Shown here: positions 39,110-49,129 of the stretch, piece by piece | Position numbering within the stretch: position 1 is the stretch's first letter | How the letters are laid out: every line of letters starts with the position of its first letter | From: Nemertoderma westbladi | Taxonomy: Eukaryota > Animalia > Xenacoelomorpha | DNA length: 62,340 bases | Assembly (NCBI GenBank): GCA_032718475.1 | Contig: JAUCBJ010000103.1 | Coordinates: 1 to 62,340 of the forward strand | Reading direction: 5' to 3' | Translations under genes and position numbers: made by a program | The notes under the pieces: model-generated | The model's database searches: none | The model's input: the letters and a program-made list of their open reading frames with translations, nothing else | What the model was told of the DNA's origin: nothing

Positions 39110-41551
39110 ATGAGTGAATCGGGCGAGACACCGCGGACCCCGGACGAAGATCAAACGATCCGCGAGGCCGCGACCAGGCGGTATAGGCCCACCACGCCGG
39201 AGCCATCGATAACGGGCGAACCGGAAGCACAGGACGAGGAGGGCCTGGAGCCCGAAGTCGAGCCAAGAGAGGGAGAGAACGAGATGGAGGGAGATGGAGG
39301 CGAGTCGACACGAGAGGGAGAACGGCGCGCCGATGTCGCCGGCCAGCTACCGGCCGAGGGCGACGGGCGGCCCACCGAAACGGCGACGGTGGGGCCGACG
39401 GTGCGACGCCGGACGCGAAGAGACAGAGGAGAGATCGGTACCGATGTCGCCGGCCAGCTACAGGCCGAGGGCGACGGACGGCCCACCGGAACGGCGACGG
39501 TGGAGCCGCCGGTACGACGTCGAACCCGGAGGGACGGAGGAGAGGTCGGCGACGAGGACGTCGGGGTTTCTGAGCGACTTCGACGGGCCTACAACGCGAC
39601 CCGGAAGCTGATAAACGACGCCAAGAAGGAAGGGGCGAAGGTAGACGAGGTGAGACTGAGAAAGCGACTAGGTGAGTCGGATAAACACTTAAATTACCTA
39701 ATACGTTTTGAGCAGAGAAAACTGGCCGGCGAGAGAGCAAAAAGGATAGCCGGCGAACTGTTTGAACTATGGGAGTGTGGGAGTATGGGACCTAGCGTAG
39801 CGCCAGTGTACATAGGGCCATACTTGGTCGATGCCCGGGGAGTGAAACCAGTGGGTTGGAAGGGACCTGAGGAGGGCGAATCCGAGGCTAACACCGAGGA
39901 TTCGGCCTCGTCGGTCGGAGAAAGCTCCGAAAAGGGGGAGAAAGCTAGTAGGTCGGGAAGGCGGGGGAAGTCCGTCGTAACCGATAAGTCTGCTACATCC
40001 TCCGCGAAAGAAAGAGCGGTGAGAAAAATAGGAGCCACATACCGTCTCAGCATGGCAGAGCAAGGTCAGAGAGAAATGAAGGAACGGCTAGAGGAGGGAA
40101 GAGTGCGGTTAGAGAGGGAAACGGTATTGCTTAGAGAAACCGGAGAAAGGGCCGAAAGGGCTTTGAAAAGCCTAAGGGAGTATGATGAGATAGAGGAAAG
40201 GGAGTGTAGGGAGCGTGAAGCGAGAGAGGAAAAGGAACGCGAGGAGCGTGAAGCGAGAGAGGAAAAGGAACGCGAGGAGCGTGAGGCGAGAATGGAAAAG
40301 GAACGCAAGGAACGTGAGGCGAGGAAGGAAAAGGAACGCAAGGAGCGTGAGGCGAGGAAGGAAGAGGAACGTAAAGAGCGTGGGGCGAGACGAAGGGAGA
40401 GTATTAAGAGTGCCGCAGACTCGGCCATCAAGGACACCCAGGAGCGTGAGGGGATAGTGGCAAAGGGTGAAAGGGAGCATAGGGAATTAAAGGAACGGCA
40501 GAGTGAGTATGCGAAAGATATAATTAGAGGGACGCACGAGTTGGAATACGTGCAAGTGGGACCGTCGTCTGAAAGAGGGGCCGGCTCGAGTATTTTTGAG
40601 GAGCCGAGGGCCGTAGACGTATTTGTTAATACTCCACTGACAGGGACCGCACGACAGTCTCAAGACTGGTGCGACCGTACGAGCGGGGGGGGTAATAATA
40701 ATAATAATGGTACAGTAGACGTTGTTGATATTAATAGTACCGTATGGGATAACGCTAATCAAACCTTTATTACAGGAAATACTTTGCCTGGTGATAGTAA
40801 TTTAAATTCAAATCAGAACAATCCCAGTGTTAATGTAGAAAATAATCCTAATATTGATGTAGTTACGCAAAATAATTCAAATAATCAAAATAATAACTCG
40901 AATTCGGACCTACAAAATAACTTAAATAACGCAATTACACAGAATAATTCGAATAATTCAAATAATGATCTTAGCCCGAATTTACAAAATAATTCAGATA
41001 ACGTAGTCGCGCAGAATAATACAAATGATTTTGTTTCAAATGAGCAAATTAATTCCGTTTCCAATATGGGTGCTATTAGTGTAGACACGTCGGGCCTACG
41101 TAACCAGGGAGCAGAGGGCCTGGTAGGCCACGTAGTTAGTAGACAGGGAGCAGAGGGCCTGGTAGGCCGCGTAGTTGGTAGGCAGGGAGTAGAGGGCCTG
41201 GAAGGCCACGCAATAGCAGAGGGAGAGGCGGGGGTGAACAGACCCGACCGTGGTAGGGTTGATGTGTCGACTAGAGAGGTATATAATAGTGGGGAGAGGG
41301 GTAGCGAAGTTAGATGTAGCGAGTGGGGGGGGCTACGAGCACCCCACAACAGAAAGTTAGCGGCGAGAGGGGGGGGGCAGAGAGTGTCCCACAGCCGTCA
41401 GCGGACAATGCGAGGGCCGAACAAGGTAAACCGCAACAACCGGCGACGGAGAGTAATAGGGGGACAGCGAGTATCCCCGGCGACGTGCGATCGAGCAGAG
41501 AAGGACAGGTTGACGTCGCGGGAGGGCAGACGGAGCGTCGAGCCCGATTAG
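39110..41551 (+). CDS. Retrotransposon ORF upstream of gag: low-complexity, coiled-coil (E/R/K-rich) and Asn-rich protein
   Basis: 813-aa ORF with a 37-aa duplication, EREEREARE repeats, an Asn-rich island and RQGAEGLVG repeats. It probably continues into 41323-42390 via a shift at the G8 run (41325-41332). Confidence 0.7.
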   Translation: MSESGETPRTPDEDQTIREAATRRYRPTTPEPSITGEPEAQDEEGLEPEVEPREGENEMEGDGGESTREGERRADVAGQLPAEGDGRPTETATVGPTVRRRTRRDRGEIGTDVAGQLQAEGDGRPTGTATVEPPVRRRTRRDGGEVGDEDVGVSERLRRAYNATRKLINDAKKEGAKVDEVRLRKRLGESDKHLNYLIRFEQRKLAGERAKRIAGELFELWECGSMGPSVAPVYIGPYLVDARGVKPVGWKGPEEGESEANTEDSASSVGESSEKGEKASRSGRRGKSVVTDKSATSSAKERAVRKIGATYRLSMAEQGQREMKERLEEGRVRLERETVLLRETGERAERALKSLREYDEIEERECREREAREEKEREEREAREEKEREEREARMEKERKEREARKEKERKEREARKEEERKERGARRRESIKSAADSAIKDTQEREGIVAKGEREHRELKERQSEYAKDIIRGTHELEYVQVGPSSERGAGSSIFEEPRAVDVFVNTPLTGTARQSQDWCDRTSGGGNNNNNGTVDVVDINSTVWDNANQTFITGNTLPGDSNLNSNQNNPSVNVENNPNIDVVTQNNSNNQNNNSNSDLQNNLNNAITQNNSNNSNNDLSPNLQNNSDNVVAQNNTNDFVSNEQINSVSNMGAISVDTSGLRNQGAEGLVGHVVSRQGAEGLVGRVVGRQGVEGLEGHAIAEGEAGVNRPDRGRVDVSTREVYNSGERGSEVRCSEWGGLRAPHNRKLAARGGGQRVSHSRQRTMRGPNKVNRNNRRRRVIGGQRVSPATCDRAEKDRLTSREGRRSVEPD

Positions 41552-42390
41552 AGGAGGAAAGAAGAACAGTGGGGTTTAACCGGGAGGTCGACGAGAGATC
41601 TCGTGAGCGGGAATATTCCACTGATAGGAGAAGAGAGGAGGACAGTAGTAGAAGTATCGCCGTAAACGATAGAAGAGCGAGGACGGACAGCGAGCCGTCG
41701 GTAGTCGAGATGAGAACGGAGAGTCAATGGGGTCGGACTCCGGGAGATTGCCGTTGCCCCGGAGGGATACGATCCGGTGAGACGCATTACACGCCGAGAG
41801 AGGGGTACGCGATATACCGGTACGAAGATGAAAACAGTGGAGAGGGGGGTCGTAGAGAAACTTTCCGACGGAATATACCTACCGATCGAGAATACGGTAG
41901 CCGCGGGGAGGATTATTCGAGAAGAATAAACTTCGATCCCGAACAACACATGCAGACTGTAGGGCATACTGTAAGTCTTACTGCACATACCGTAGGCCAT
42001 ACTGAGAGAGGCAATGTAGGCGATAGGATAGCGCGGACAACGGGATTAAACCCGGAAGTCGCGGAATACATACCGGCGAGTAGGCCAGAAGCTGATAGGC
42101 CTATACCGGTACCAGCACAGCAGTATGACTACAGCATGCAGGGACATAACATATACCCAGGGGAGGGGGGAATTATTGCGGATAGGTGTATGGGCCCCAA
42201 CATATTAACATCAACCCCAGTACCAGACATACCGGTGGGGGGGGGACAGGGTGACATTCCCCCATCACGATATCAACAATATACCCCGACAGGAACAAGA
42301 ACGATGAGACCCCTAGATGAAAACAGGTCGTGTGATACAGACATATGGAGGGGGCCGCTACCCCCGATGACATATCCGAGTCAGAGATGA
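41323..42390 (+). CDS. Continuation of the pre-gag extension, in frame with gag-pol and separated from it by one TGA
   Basis: Same frame as 42469. After TGA 42388-42390 the frame stays open (SRNRTDEPHQTRETIQHPSNPLEAQA) into gag. Confidence 0.6.
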   Translation: MGGATSTPQQKVSGERGGAESVPQPSADNARAEQGKPQQPATESNRGTASIPGDVRSSREGQVDVAGGQTERRARLEEERRTVGFNREVDERSREREYSTDRRREEDSSRSIAVNDRRARTDSEPSVVEMRTESQWGRTPGDCRCPGGIRSGETHYTPREGYAIYRYEDENSGEGGRRETFRRNIPTDREYGSRGEDYSRRINFDPEQHMQTVGHTVSLTAHTVGHTERGNVGDRIARTTGLNPEVAEYIPASRPEADRPIPVPAQQYDYSMQGHNIYPGEGGIIADRCMGPNILTSTPVPDIPVGGGQGDIPPSRYQQYTPTGTRTMRPLDENRSCDTDIWRGPLPPMTYPSQR

Positions 42391-42468
42391 TCAAGAAATA
42401 GGACGGACGAACCGCACCAGACAAGGGAAACTATACAGCACCCGTCGAATCCATTAGAAGCGCAGGCA

Positions 42469-45400
42469 ATGGGGATGGCCACGTTGATCGATGCGTTGAA
42501 AACGAGGATCGAATTACCACCCGTGGAACCGTTCAAATTCGATGGGAGCAGGCCGGAAGAATACTTACAGTTTCGGCGAATGTATAGTAACGAAATACTA
42601 ACAAAAAACTTGACGCAGGCGGAGTGCCTAAAGTATTTACAAGTGTACACGGGAGGCCCAGCATACGATATCGTGAGGCAATACCAAGGGATAGAGGGCG
42701 GCTTCACGACAGCATGGCGGGCACTGGATAGGGAATACGGGCACCCGGCCAAGATCATCAGGCAGACGCTGAGAGGCATAACATCGGGTGGCCTACAGGA
42801 TAATCCCGTTAGCATTAAGACGTTTGCTAACAAAGTCGAGAAGGCGCTGATCGTGCTGAAGACGTTAGACGCGCCATACGAACTCAACGCGTCCAATAAC
42901 ATCACCACGATAGCGCAGGCACTACCGAGCTGGCTGCGCAACAAATGGAGGAAGATCGCTTTCTCCACCAGAGATAAGAAGGGTGCGGAACCAGGTTTAG
43001 AAGAAATGTCAAACTTCTTAAATTACGAGGCTGAACTAATAACGGACCCAGTTTATAGTGAAGATAGCCTGGGAAAGGGACCAAAGACAGATCATTACAG
43101 GCCCAAACCAGAGCACAATACATCGAACGCGTTACCGAGACTCAGGCAATCATTGCCATATGCAGCGACGCAGGGGACTGCAAGTCCACAGACAAGCGAA
43201 GATAAGACAACATCAAGGGACGGACAGGGGAACAATAACAACATGAATAAACATAACCCCAGTACGTCCAGTAGGTCAAACCCAGTCAATAAGAATAGTA
43301 GGGACTTTGGTACGAATATAACTGCAATACGCAATGCATTATATAAAGAGGGCTACGACCCAAAGAGCAAATGCCAGTTACACGCAAATGCGCTTCATAA
43401 AACCATGAACTGCAGGTACTGGCAGGCGCTACCGAGGCAAGACCAGATAGATTACGCGTCGAGCAATAAAATCTGCTCGCGATGTGTGAAGAGTGGACAC
43501 AAGGCCAGGGAATGCCAAGAGAAACCGGTCAAGTTTGGCCAAAGGAGAGGCCGGACGATGGCAACGAGCACAGTAGGGGCGAAGAAGAGAGGAACAGTGC
43601 TACTTGGAGTAGTACCAGTACGAGTGATCGGGGAAGGCAATCGATCAGTAACAACACTAATGCTGGTTGATAGTGGAGCTGCCTTCACATTAGTTGAGGA
43701 ATGGGTAGCCGAAGAAATAGGGTTGAGAACGAGGCCAAGCAGGATGGCGGTGACAACCATCTCTAGTAAAGACGAGATCCTAGAGATGAGGACAGGACGG
43801 TGCGCAATTGCAGCAGTGGCACCAGGATGCGATTATGGGGCAACCATCGACCCCATCCAAGTAATAGAGTCAATTAACATCAATGCCAGGCGGCCAACTA
43901 ACATCGAGGTCGAGCAATACAAATTCCTGGATAACATTGACTTCTCAATCCCAAACGTGGACGTTAGGAAGGTATCCATCATAGTAGGCATGGACTGCCC
44001 AACGGCCCACGAGAGAATGCAAACGGTCTTCGGCGAAGACAAGCAGAGCGACCCGGTGGCCATATTAACGCCATTCGGGTGGACGCTGAGTGGTCCAATT
44101 AAGAGCAAGATACCATTCAGGATGTCGGAGACATCAGGATGCATGTTCGCGGGAACAATGCAGGAAATGGGTGACGAGGGAGCAGAGGAGCAGCTTAAAA
44201 GACTGCTCAGACAGGACTTCGAGGGACTGAAAGAGACCGGGGTCGGGACCTCGGTAGAAGACAAGCAGGCTCTACAAAGTGTGGAGGAATCCATGACGTG
44301 TGATGAGGGGCGGTATACAATAGGAATGGTGTGGAAACTACCGAAGATACCGTTACCCGATAATAGAGGGATGGTACTCACGAGACTCCGCAAGCTGAAA
44401 CAAACACTACAACGGAGCCCCAAGAAGAACGAGTACATTCACAAAACCATTAAGAAGTACGTCGAGAAAGGATGGGCCGTGGAGTTACCGGTCGACGAAC
44501 CGAACACGGACAGGACATACTACCTGCCACTCCACGTAGCTTTAGACCCAAAGAAAGGTAAACTTAGGATGGTAGTCGATGCATCGGCAAAGACCGACGG
44601 AAAGTGCTTAAACGATTACCTACTAGAGGGCCCAAACATATATAATTCGGGCATAGAAGTACTACTTAGATTTAGGAATGGGAAACACGCCTTCACGTGT
44701 GACATAGAAGGCATGTTCAACCAAGTCCGAGTAACAGAAGAAGATAGTGACAGTCAACGCTTCTTATGGTATAACGGCGAAGAAGAACCGCCTATAATAC
44801 CGGCATATAAGATGGTAGTACAAAACATGGGGGCCAAGTCGTCCTCATTTACGACGACTATGGCAGTGAGAGACACGGTAAAGGGCAAGGAAGATAGATA
44901 TAGCAGTAGGGCCGTCGACATGATCAGACGCGGTTTCTACGTAGACGACGGCATGGAGTCTGGAAATACGGTTGAGGAGATACTGGAAACAGGGCGCGAG
45001 GTTCGCGACATCCTGAGAGGATCCGGCTTCAACCTGACCAAATTCCAATCCAGTTCAGAAGAATTTATCAGGGAAATAGAGGACAAGAAACCAGAATCGA
45101 CCATGGACAACCCTACAACAGCCAAAGGACAGGACATGGCGATTAAGAGAACGGAATCCCAGCAGAAGGCGTTGGGAATCGTGTGGGATAGAAAAACAGA
45201 CGAACTGAAGTATCAGCTGAGCCAGGAGGGCGCAGACACCCATACGAAGAGGGGTTACGTATCGTATATAGCAAGGATATACGATCCCTTAGGCCTAGCA
45301 TCCCCATTACTAGTCACGGGGAAACAGATACTCAAGAGAGTATATAAGTTGAAGGATGAGTGGGACGTAGAGGTACCAGAAGACATTAAGAAACAGTGGA

Positions 45401-47577
45401 GCAAATGGACAGGAGACTTGGAGAGGATGGGAACATACGACATGCCGCGAGTGTATTTCCCGGACGGGAACATGACGAATCTGGACCTACATATGTTCTC
45501 CGACGCGTCGTTAGAGGCATACGGAGCGGCACTCTATTTAGTACAACGAGAGGGGCCTCACAAGCCCAGACTAGCCTTTAGCAAAGCTAAGTCAACGCCG
45601 CCAGATTCAGCATCTGTTCCCAAGTTAGAATTGACAGCCGCGAGACTAGGAGTTAGAGCCACAGCCTACCTAGTGGATACAATTCCCAACATAGTGGAGA
45701 CACACTACTGGACGGACTCCATGGTAGTGCTTGGTTGGCTACACAACGAAAAGACGAGGTACCCGATATTCGTCGCGAATAGAGTGGACGAAATAAGGGC
45801 GAGCACAGAACTGGAAAGGTGGCACTACTGCCCAACAGACGAGAACCCAGCGGACTTGCTGTCGAGGGGCGTGGAACGCCACACTTTCTTAAAGAAAGAA
45901 GTATTGTGGCAACACGGGCCACAATTTCTGAGCGATAGGGAGGCCTGGCCGCCGATGAGGAAGGTGGACCCGGGCTCGGAAGTAGTATCAGAAGGAGAAG
46001 AGGGAGATTCAGAGGGAGAAGAGATATACTCCCAGATGGTGAGGGAGATCAGGGACGTGCAACCAGGAAGGGAACTGTGCGATAACCCGACGGATAAACT
46101 CCTCAGCTACAGTTCTAGTTGGTATAAGACCAAGAAACTAGTGGCGTACTGGAGAGCCTTTGGGAATTTCCTTGCGGGAGTCGGCAAGGACAAGAAGACC
46201 AGGACAACCATAGATCTGGAAGGAGCGGCCAAGGCAGTGATCCGCTATGAACAACGCAAGAACTACGGCGACGAGGTGGAACGTGTCGGTAACCAACAAC
46301 ATCTCCGACGGGATAGCGAGTTGATCACGCTGTCGCCACAACTCAACGAGGATGGGATCCTAGTAATGAATTCTAGGGTGGGATATAACAACAGTATAGT
46401 CGTGCCACCGAAACCAATCATCATTCCCACAGGATCGCCTATAGTCCACCAGATCATATGGGACTCCCATAAATCGATACTGCATGGGGGCACCAACCGA
46501 ACCCTCACGGAGATAAGAAGGACCTATTGGGTCAAACAATTAAGGAAGAAGGTGAAAGCGGTAGTGGGACAGTGCCAGACCTGCCGACGAGCGAAGAAGG
46601 AGCGAGCCGTACAGGAGATGGCGCCACTACCGGCGAGTAGGGTAAGACAGCACGACCCGCCATTTACGCATTGCGGTGTGGACATGTTCGGGCCGATAAA
46701 GATCAAGGTGATGCGACATACGGAGAAACGCTACGGTATTATCTTCGTATGCAACAATACGCGGGCGGTAGGGATAGAACTCGCCCAAGATGCAACCGCA
46801 TCAGCCTTCATTAACGCCTTAGAAAGGTTTAGGGACCGCAAAGGTGGGACGATCGCAGTGATATACAGCGACAACGGCACCAACTTTGTGGGCGCAGAGA
46901 GTGAGATGGCAGAGGCCTTAGACATCTTGGAGGGAGAAGAAGTCAGGGCGGCCATGAGAAGACGACAAGTGAAGTGGGAGAGACGGACGCCGTATGCACC
47001 ACATACACTAGGATGCGTCGAAAGACTGGTGGGCAGTTCAAAACGTCTAATGACGAAGCTGATGAACACCCACATGGTCACTGAAGACGTCTTACGGACA
47101 GTACTTGCAAAGTGCGAGGGGATCATTAATAGCAGACCGCTATACCCGGAGAATGATGACCCTGAGTCATTAGACGTGTTGACGCCTAGCCATTTCCTGA
47201 TGGAAAGGCCAGCGACCATAGATATGCGGGGTGTAGACCCAGATGATATACACTCCCGCCAAAGTTGGAAAGTAGCTAAAGCAATTAGCGCAGAGTATTG
47301 GAGGAGGTGGGTAGAAGAATACCTACCAACGCTCCATAAGCGAAGCAAGTGGAGGAAGCCAAACAGGGAGTTGAGAGAGGGAGATCTCGTAATCGTCACG
47401 GATGATACTATCATCAACAACCAATGGTGGTTGGCGAGAGTTGTAGGCACCTACTCAGACGAGGACGGAAGAGTCCGTTCGGTAGAAGTGCGGATAGGTG
47501 GAAAGATAGGTGCGAAAGACAGAAAAACCTACAAGAGAGCAGTAGGTAAATGCTGTCTTCTAGAAGGGGCACCTTAA
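42469..47577 (+). CDS. Bel/Pao Gag-Pol polyprotein (Gag, zinc knuckles, aspartic protease, RT, RNase H, integrase)
   Basis: Gag LPPVEPFKFDG; knuckle CSRCVKSGHKAREC; protease LVDSGA; RT YYLPLH/KLRMVVDAS/CDIEGMFNQV/YVDD; RNase H FSDAS/PKLEL/WTDS/NPADLLSRG; integrase HHCC, GVDMFGP, SDNGTNFVGA, VERLVGSSK and C-terminal WRRWVEEYLPTL. Confidence 0.97.
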   Translation: MGMATLIDALKTRIELPPVEPFKFDGSRPEEYLQFRRMYSNEILTKNLTQAECLKYLQVYTGGPAYDIVRQYQGIEGGFTTAWRALDREYGHPAKIIRQTLRGITSGGLQDNPVSIKTFANKVEKALIVLKTLDAPYELNASNNITTIAQALPSWLRNKWRKIAFSTRDKKGAEPGLEEMSNFLNYEAELITDPVYSEDSLGKGPKTDHYRPKPEHNTSNALPRLRQSLPYAATQGTASPQTSEDKTTSRDGQGNNNNMNKHNPSTSSRSNPVNKNSRDFGTNITAIRNALYKEGYDPKSKCQLHANALHKTMNCRYWQALPRQDQIDYASSNKICSRCVKSGHKARECQEKPVKFGQRRGRTMATSTVGAKKRGTVLLGVVPVRVIGEGNRSVTTLMLVDSGAAFTLVEEWVAEEIGLRTRPSRMAVTTISSKDEILEMRTGRCAIAAVAPGCDYGATIDPIQVIESININARRPTNIEVEQYKFLDNIDFSIPNVDVRKVSIIVGMDCPTAHERMQTVFGEDKQSDPVAILTPFGWTLSGPIKSKIPFRMSETSGCMFAGTMQEMGDEGAEEQLKRLLRQDFEGLKETGVGTSVEDKQALQSVEESMTCDEGRYTIGMVWKLPKIPLPDNRGMVLTRLRKLKQTLQRSPKKNEYIHKTIKKYVEKGWAVELPVDEPNTDRTYYLPLHVALDPKKGKLRMVVDASAKTDGKCLNDYLLEGPNIYNSGIEVLLRFRNGKHAFTCDIEGMFNQVRVTEEDSDSQRFLWYNGEEEPPIIPAYKMVVQNMGAKSSSFTTTMAVRDTVKGKEDRYSSRAVDMIRRGFYVDDGMESGNTVEEILETGREVRDILRGSGFNLTKFQSSSEEFIREIEDKKPESTMDNPTTAKGQDMAIKRTESQQKALGIVWDRKTDELKYQLSQEGADTHTKRGYVSYIARIYDPLGLASPLLVTGKQILKRVYKLKDEWDVEVPEDIKKQWSKWTGDLERMGTYDMPRVYFPDGNMTNLDLHMFSDASLEAYGAALYLVQREGPHKPRLAFSKAKSTPPDSASVPKLELTAARLGVRATAYLVDTIPNIVETHYWTDSMVVLGWLHNEKTRYPIFVANRVDEIRASTELERWHYCPTDENPADLLSRGVERHTFLKKEVLWQHGPQFLSDREAWPPMRKVDPGSEVVSEGEEGDSEGEEIYSQMVREIRDVQPGRELCDNPTDKLLSYSSSWYKTKKLVAYWRAFGNFLAGVGKDKKTRTTIDLEGAAKAVIRYEQRKNYGDEVERVGNQQHLRRDSELITLSPQLNEDGILVMNSRVGYNNSIVVPPKPIIIPTGSPIVHQIIWDSHKSILHGGTNRTLTEIRRTYWVKQLRKKVKAVVGQCQTCRRAKKERAVQEMAPLPASRVRQHDPPFTHCGVDMFGPIKIKVMRHTEKRYGIIFVCNNTRAVGIELAQDATASAFINALERFRDRKGGTIAVIYSDNGTNFVGAESEMAEALDILEGEEVRAAMRRRQVKWERRTPYAPHTLGCVERLVGSSKRLMTKLMNTHMVTEDVLRTVLAKCEGIINSRPLYPENDDPESLDVLTPSHFLMERPATIDMRGVDPDDIHSRQSWKVAKAISAEYWRRWVEEYLPTLHKRSKWRKPNRELREGDLVIVTDDTIINNQWWLARVVGTYSDEDGRVRSVEVRIGGKIGAKDRKTYKRAVGKCCLLEGAP

Positions 47578-47690
47578 ATTAGAGTTAGTGTGAAGTTTAG
47601 TCGTCCAAGTTTTGGACTGAGGGGGGTGGGATTGAGGGCGAGACGCCCTTCCCACACAAATAAAATAAAATAAAATAAAAATAAATAAAA

Positions 47691-48640
47691 GTTAGTTAGT
47701 TAGTAGGTACGTAGTACCTAGAGTTAGTTAGTTAGTGGGTACGTAGTACCTAGAGTTAGTTAGTTAGAAGGTACGTAGTACCTAGTTAGAGTTAGAGGGT
47801 ACGTAATGCCTAATTAGAGTTAGAGTTAGAGGGTAGGTAGTACCGATAGAGTTAGAGTTAGTAGGTACGTAGTACCTAGTTAGAGTTAGAGAGTTAGTAG
47901 GTACGTAGTACCTAGAGTTAGTTAGTTAGTAGGTACGTAGTACCGATAGTTAGAGTTAGTAGGTACGTAGTACCTAGTTAGAGTTAGAGTTAGAGGGTAC
48001 GTAATGCCTAGTTAGAGTTAGAGAGTAGGTAGTACCGATAGAGTTAGAGTTAGTAGGTACGTGGTACCTAGTCAGAGTTAGAGTTAGAGGGTGCGTAATG
48101 CCTAGTTAGAGTTAGAGAGTTAGTAGGTACGTAGTACCTAGAGTTAGTTAGTTAGTAGGTACGTAGTACCGATAGTTAGAGTTAGTAGGTACGTAGTACC
48201 TAGTTAGAGTTAGAGTTAGAGGGTACGTAATGCCTAGTTAGAGTTAGAGAGTAGGTAGTACCGATAGAGTTAGAGTTAGTAGGTACGTGGTACCTAGTCA
48301 GAGTTAGAGTTAGAGGGTACGTAGTACCATTAGTTAGAGTTAGAGTTAGAGGGTGCGTAATGCCTAGTTAGAGTTAGAGTTAGAGGGTAGGTAGTACCGA
48401 TAGAGTTAGAGTTAGTAGGTACGTAGTACCTAGTTAGAGTTAGAGTTAGAGGGTACGTAGTACCGGTAGTTAGAGTTAGTAGGTACGTAGTACCTAGTTA
48501 GAGTTAGAGTTAGAGGGTGCGTAATGCCTAGTTAGAGTTAGAGTTAGAGGGTAGGTAGTACCGATAGAGTTAGAGTTAGTAGGTACGTGGTACCTAGTAA
48601 GAGTTAGAGTTAGAGGGTACGTAGTACCATTAGTTAGAGA
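47691..48640. repeat. Internal tandem array within the LTR element (GTTAGA/GTTA repeats interleaved with GGTACGTAGTACC)
   Basis: Irregular units of about 30-45 bp made of (GTTAGA)n plus the quasi-palindrome TAGGTACGTAGTACCTA. Confidence 0.9.
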
Positions 48641-49129
48641 GAGAGAGTAAGAGGTAAAAGGGGTAAAATAAGATATAGATATTAGATAGCAGTAAGTAAA
48701 GTTAGTAGTGAGAGGGGGGCATATGAGTGCAGCTGGATAAATCGTGTGGCCACACGACGCATACTGCTGTACTGCATAGGCCCACTGAGTAGGCCAGAAT
48801 ATGGATCAGAGAATAGAATAAATCCATAGGCAGTAGTAAGTAGTAGGACAATAGAATCAAAGCAAAATAAATAAGTAAATAGAATAGGGCTAAAAATCGA
48901 AAAATAGTGGTAACACAAGGAAAGTCGTTCTAGAACATAATAAAAGTAACGGACGGAAATTGTAAATTAGGCTGATTTACTAGCTCCGAAATTAATTAGA
49001 TTAAATTAAGCTTGAAAGGCGCAGTTAAGTAGAAAAGTAGGCCATTATCGAACTGTAGGAAACATCTCAATACATCACTCATCTGTATTGCGCCTTGGTA
49101 AGGCACCACCCTACAGGTGAGCGAGTGTA

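Noticed and set aside
39054-47450. Numerous minus-strand ORFs opposite the retrotransposon ORFs
   Set aside because: They are shadows of purine-rich coding sequence with no recognisable motifs.
47691-48640. Interstitial telomere
   Set aside because: The unit is TTAGAG mixed with GGTACGTAGTACC, not TTAGG/TTAGGG, and it lies within the LTR element.
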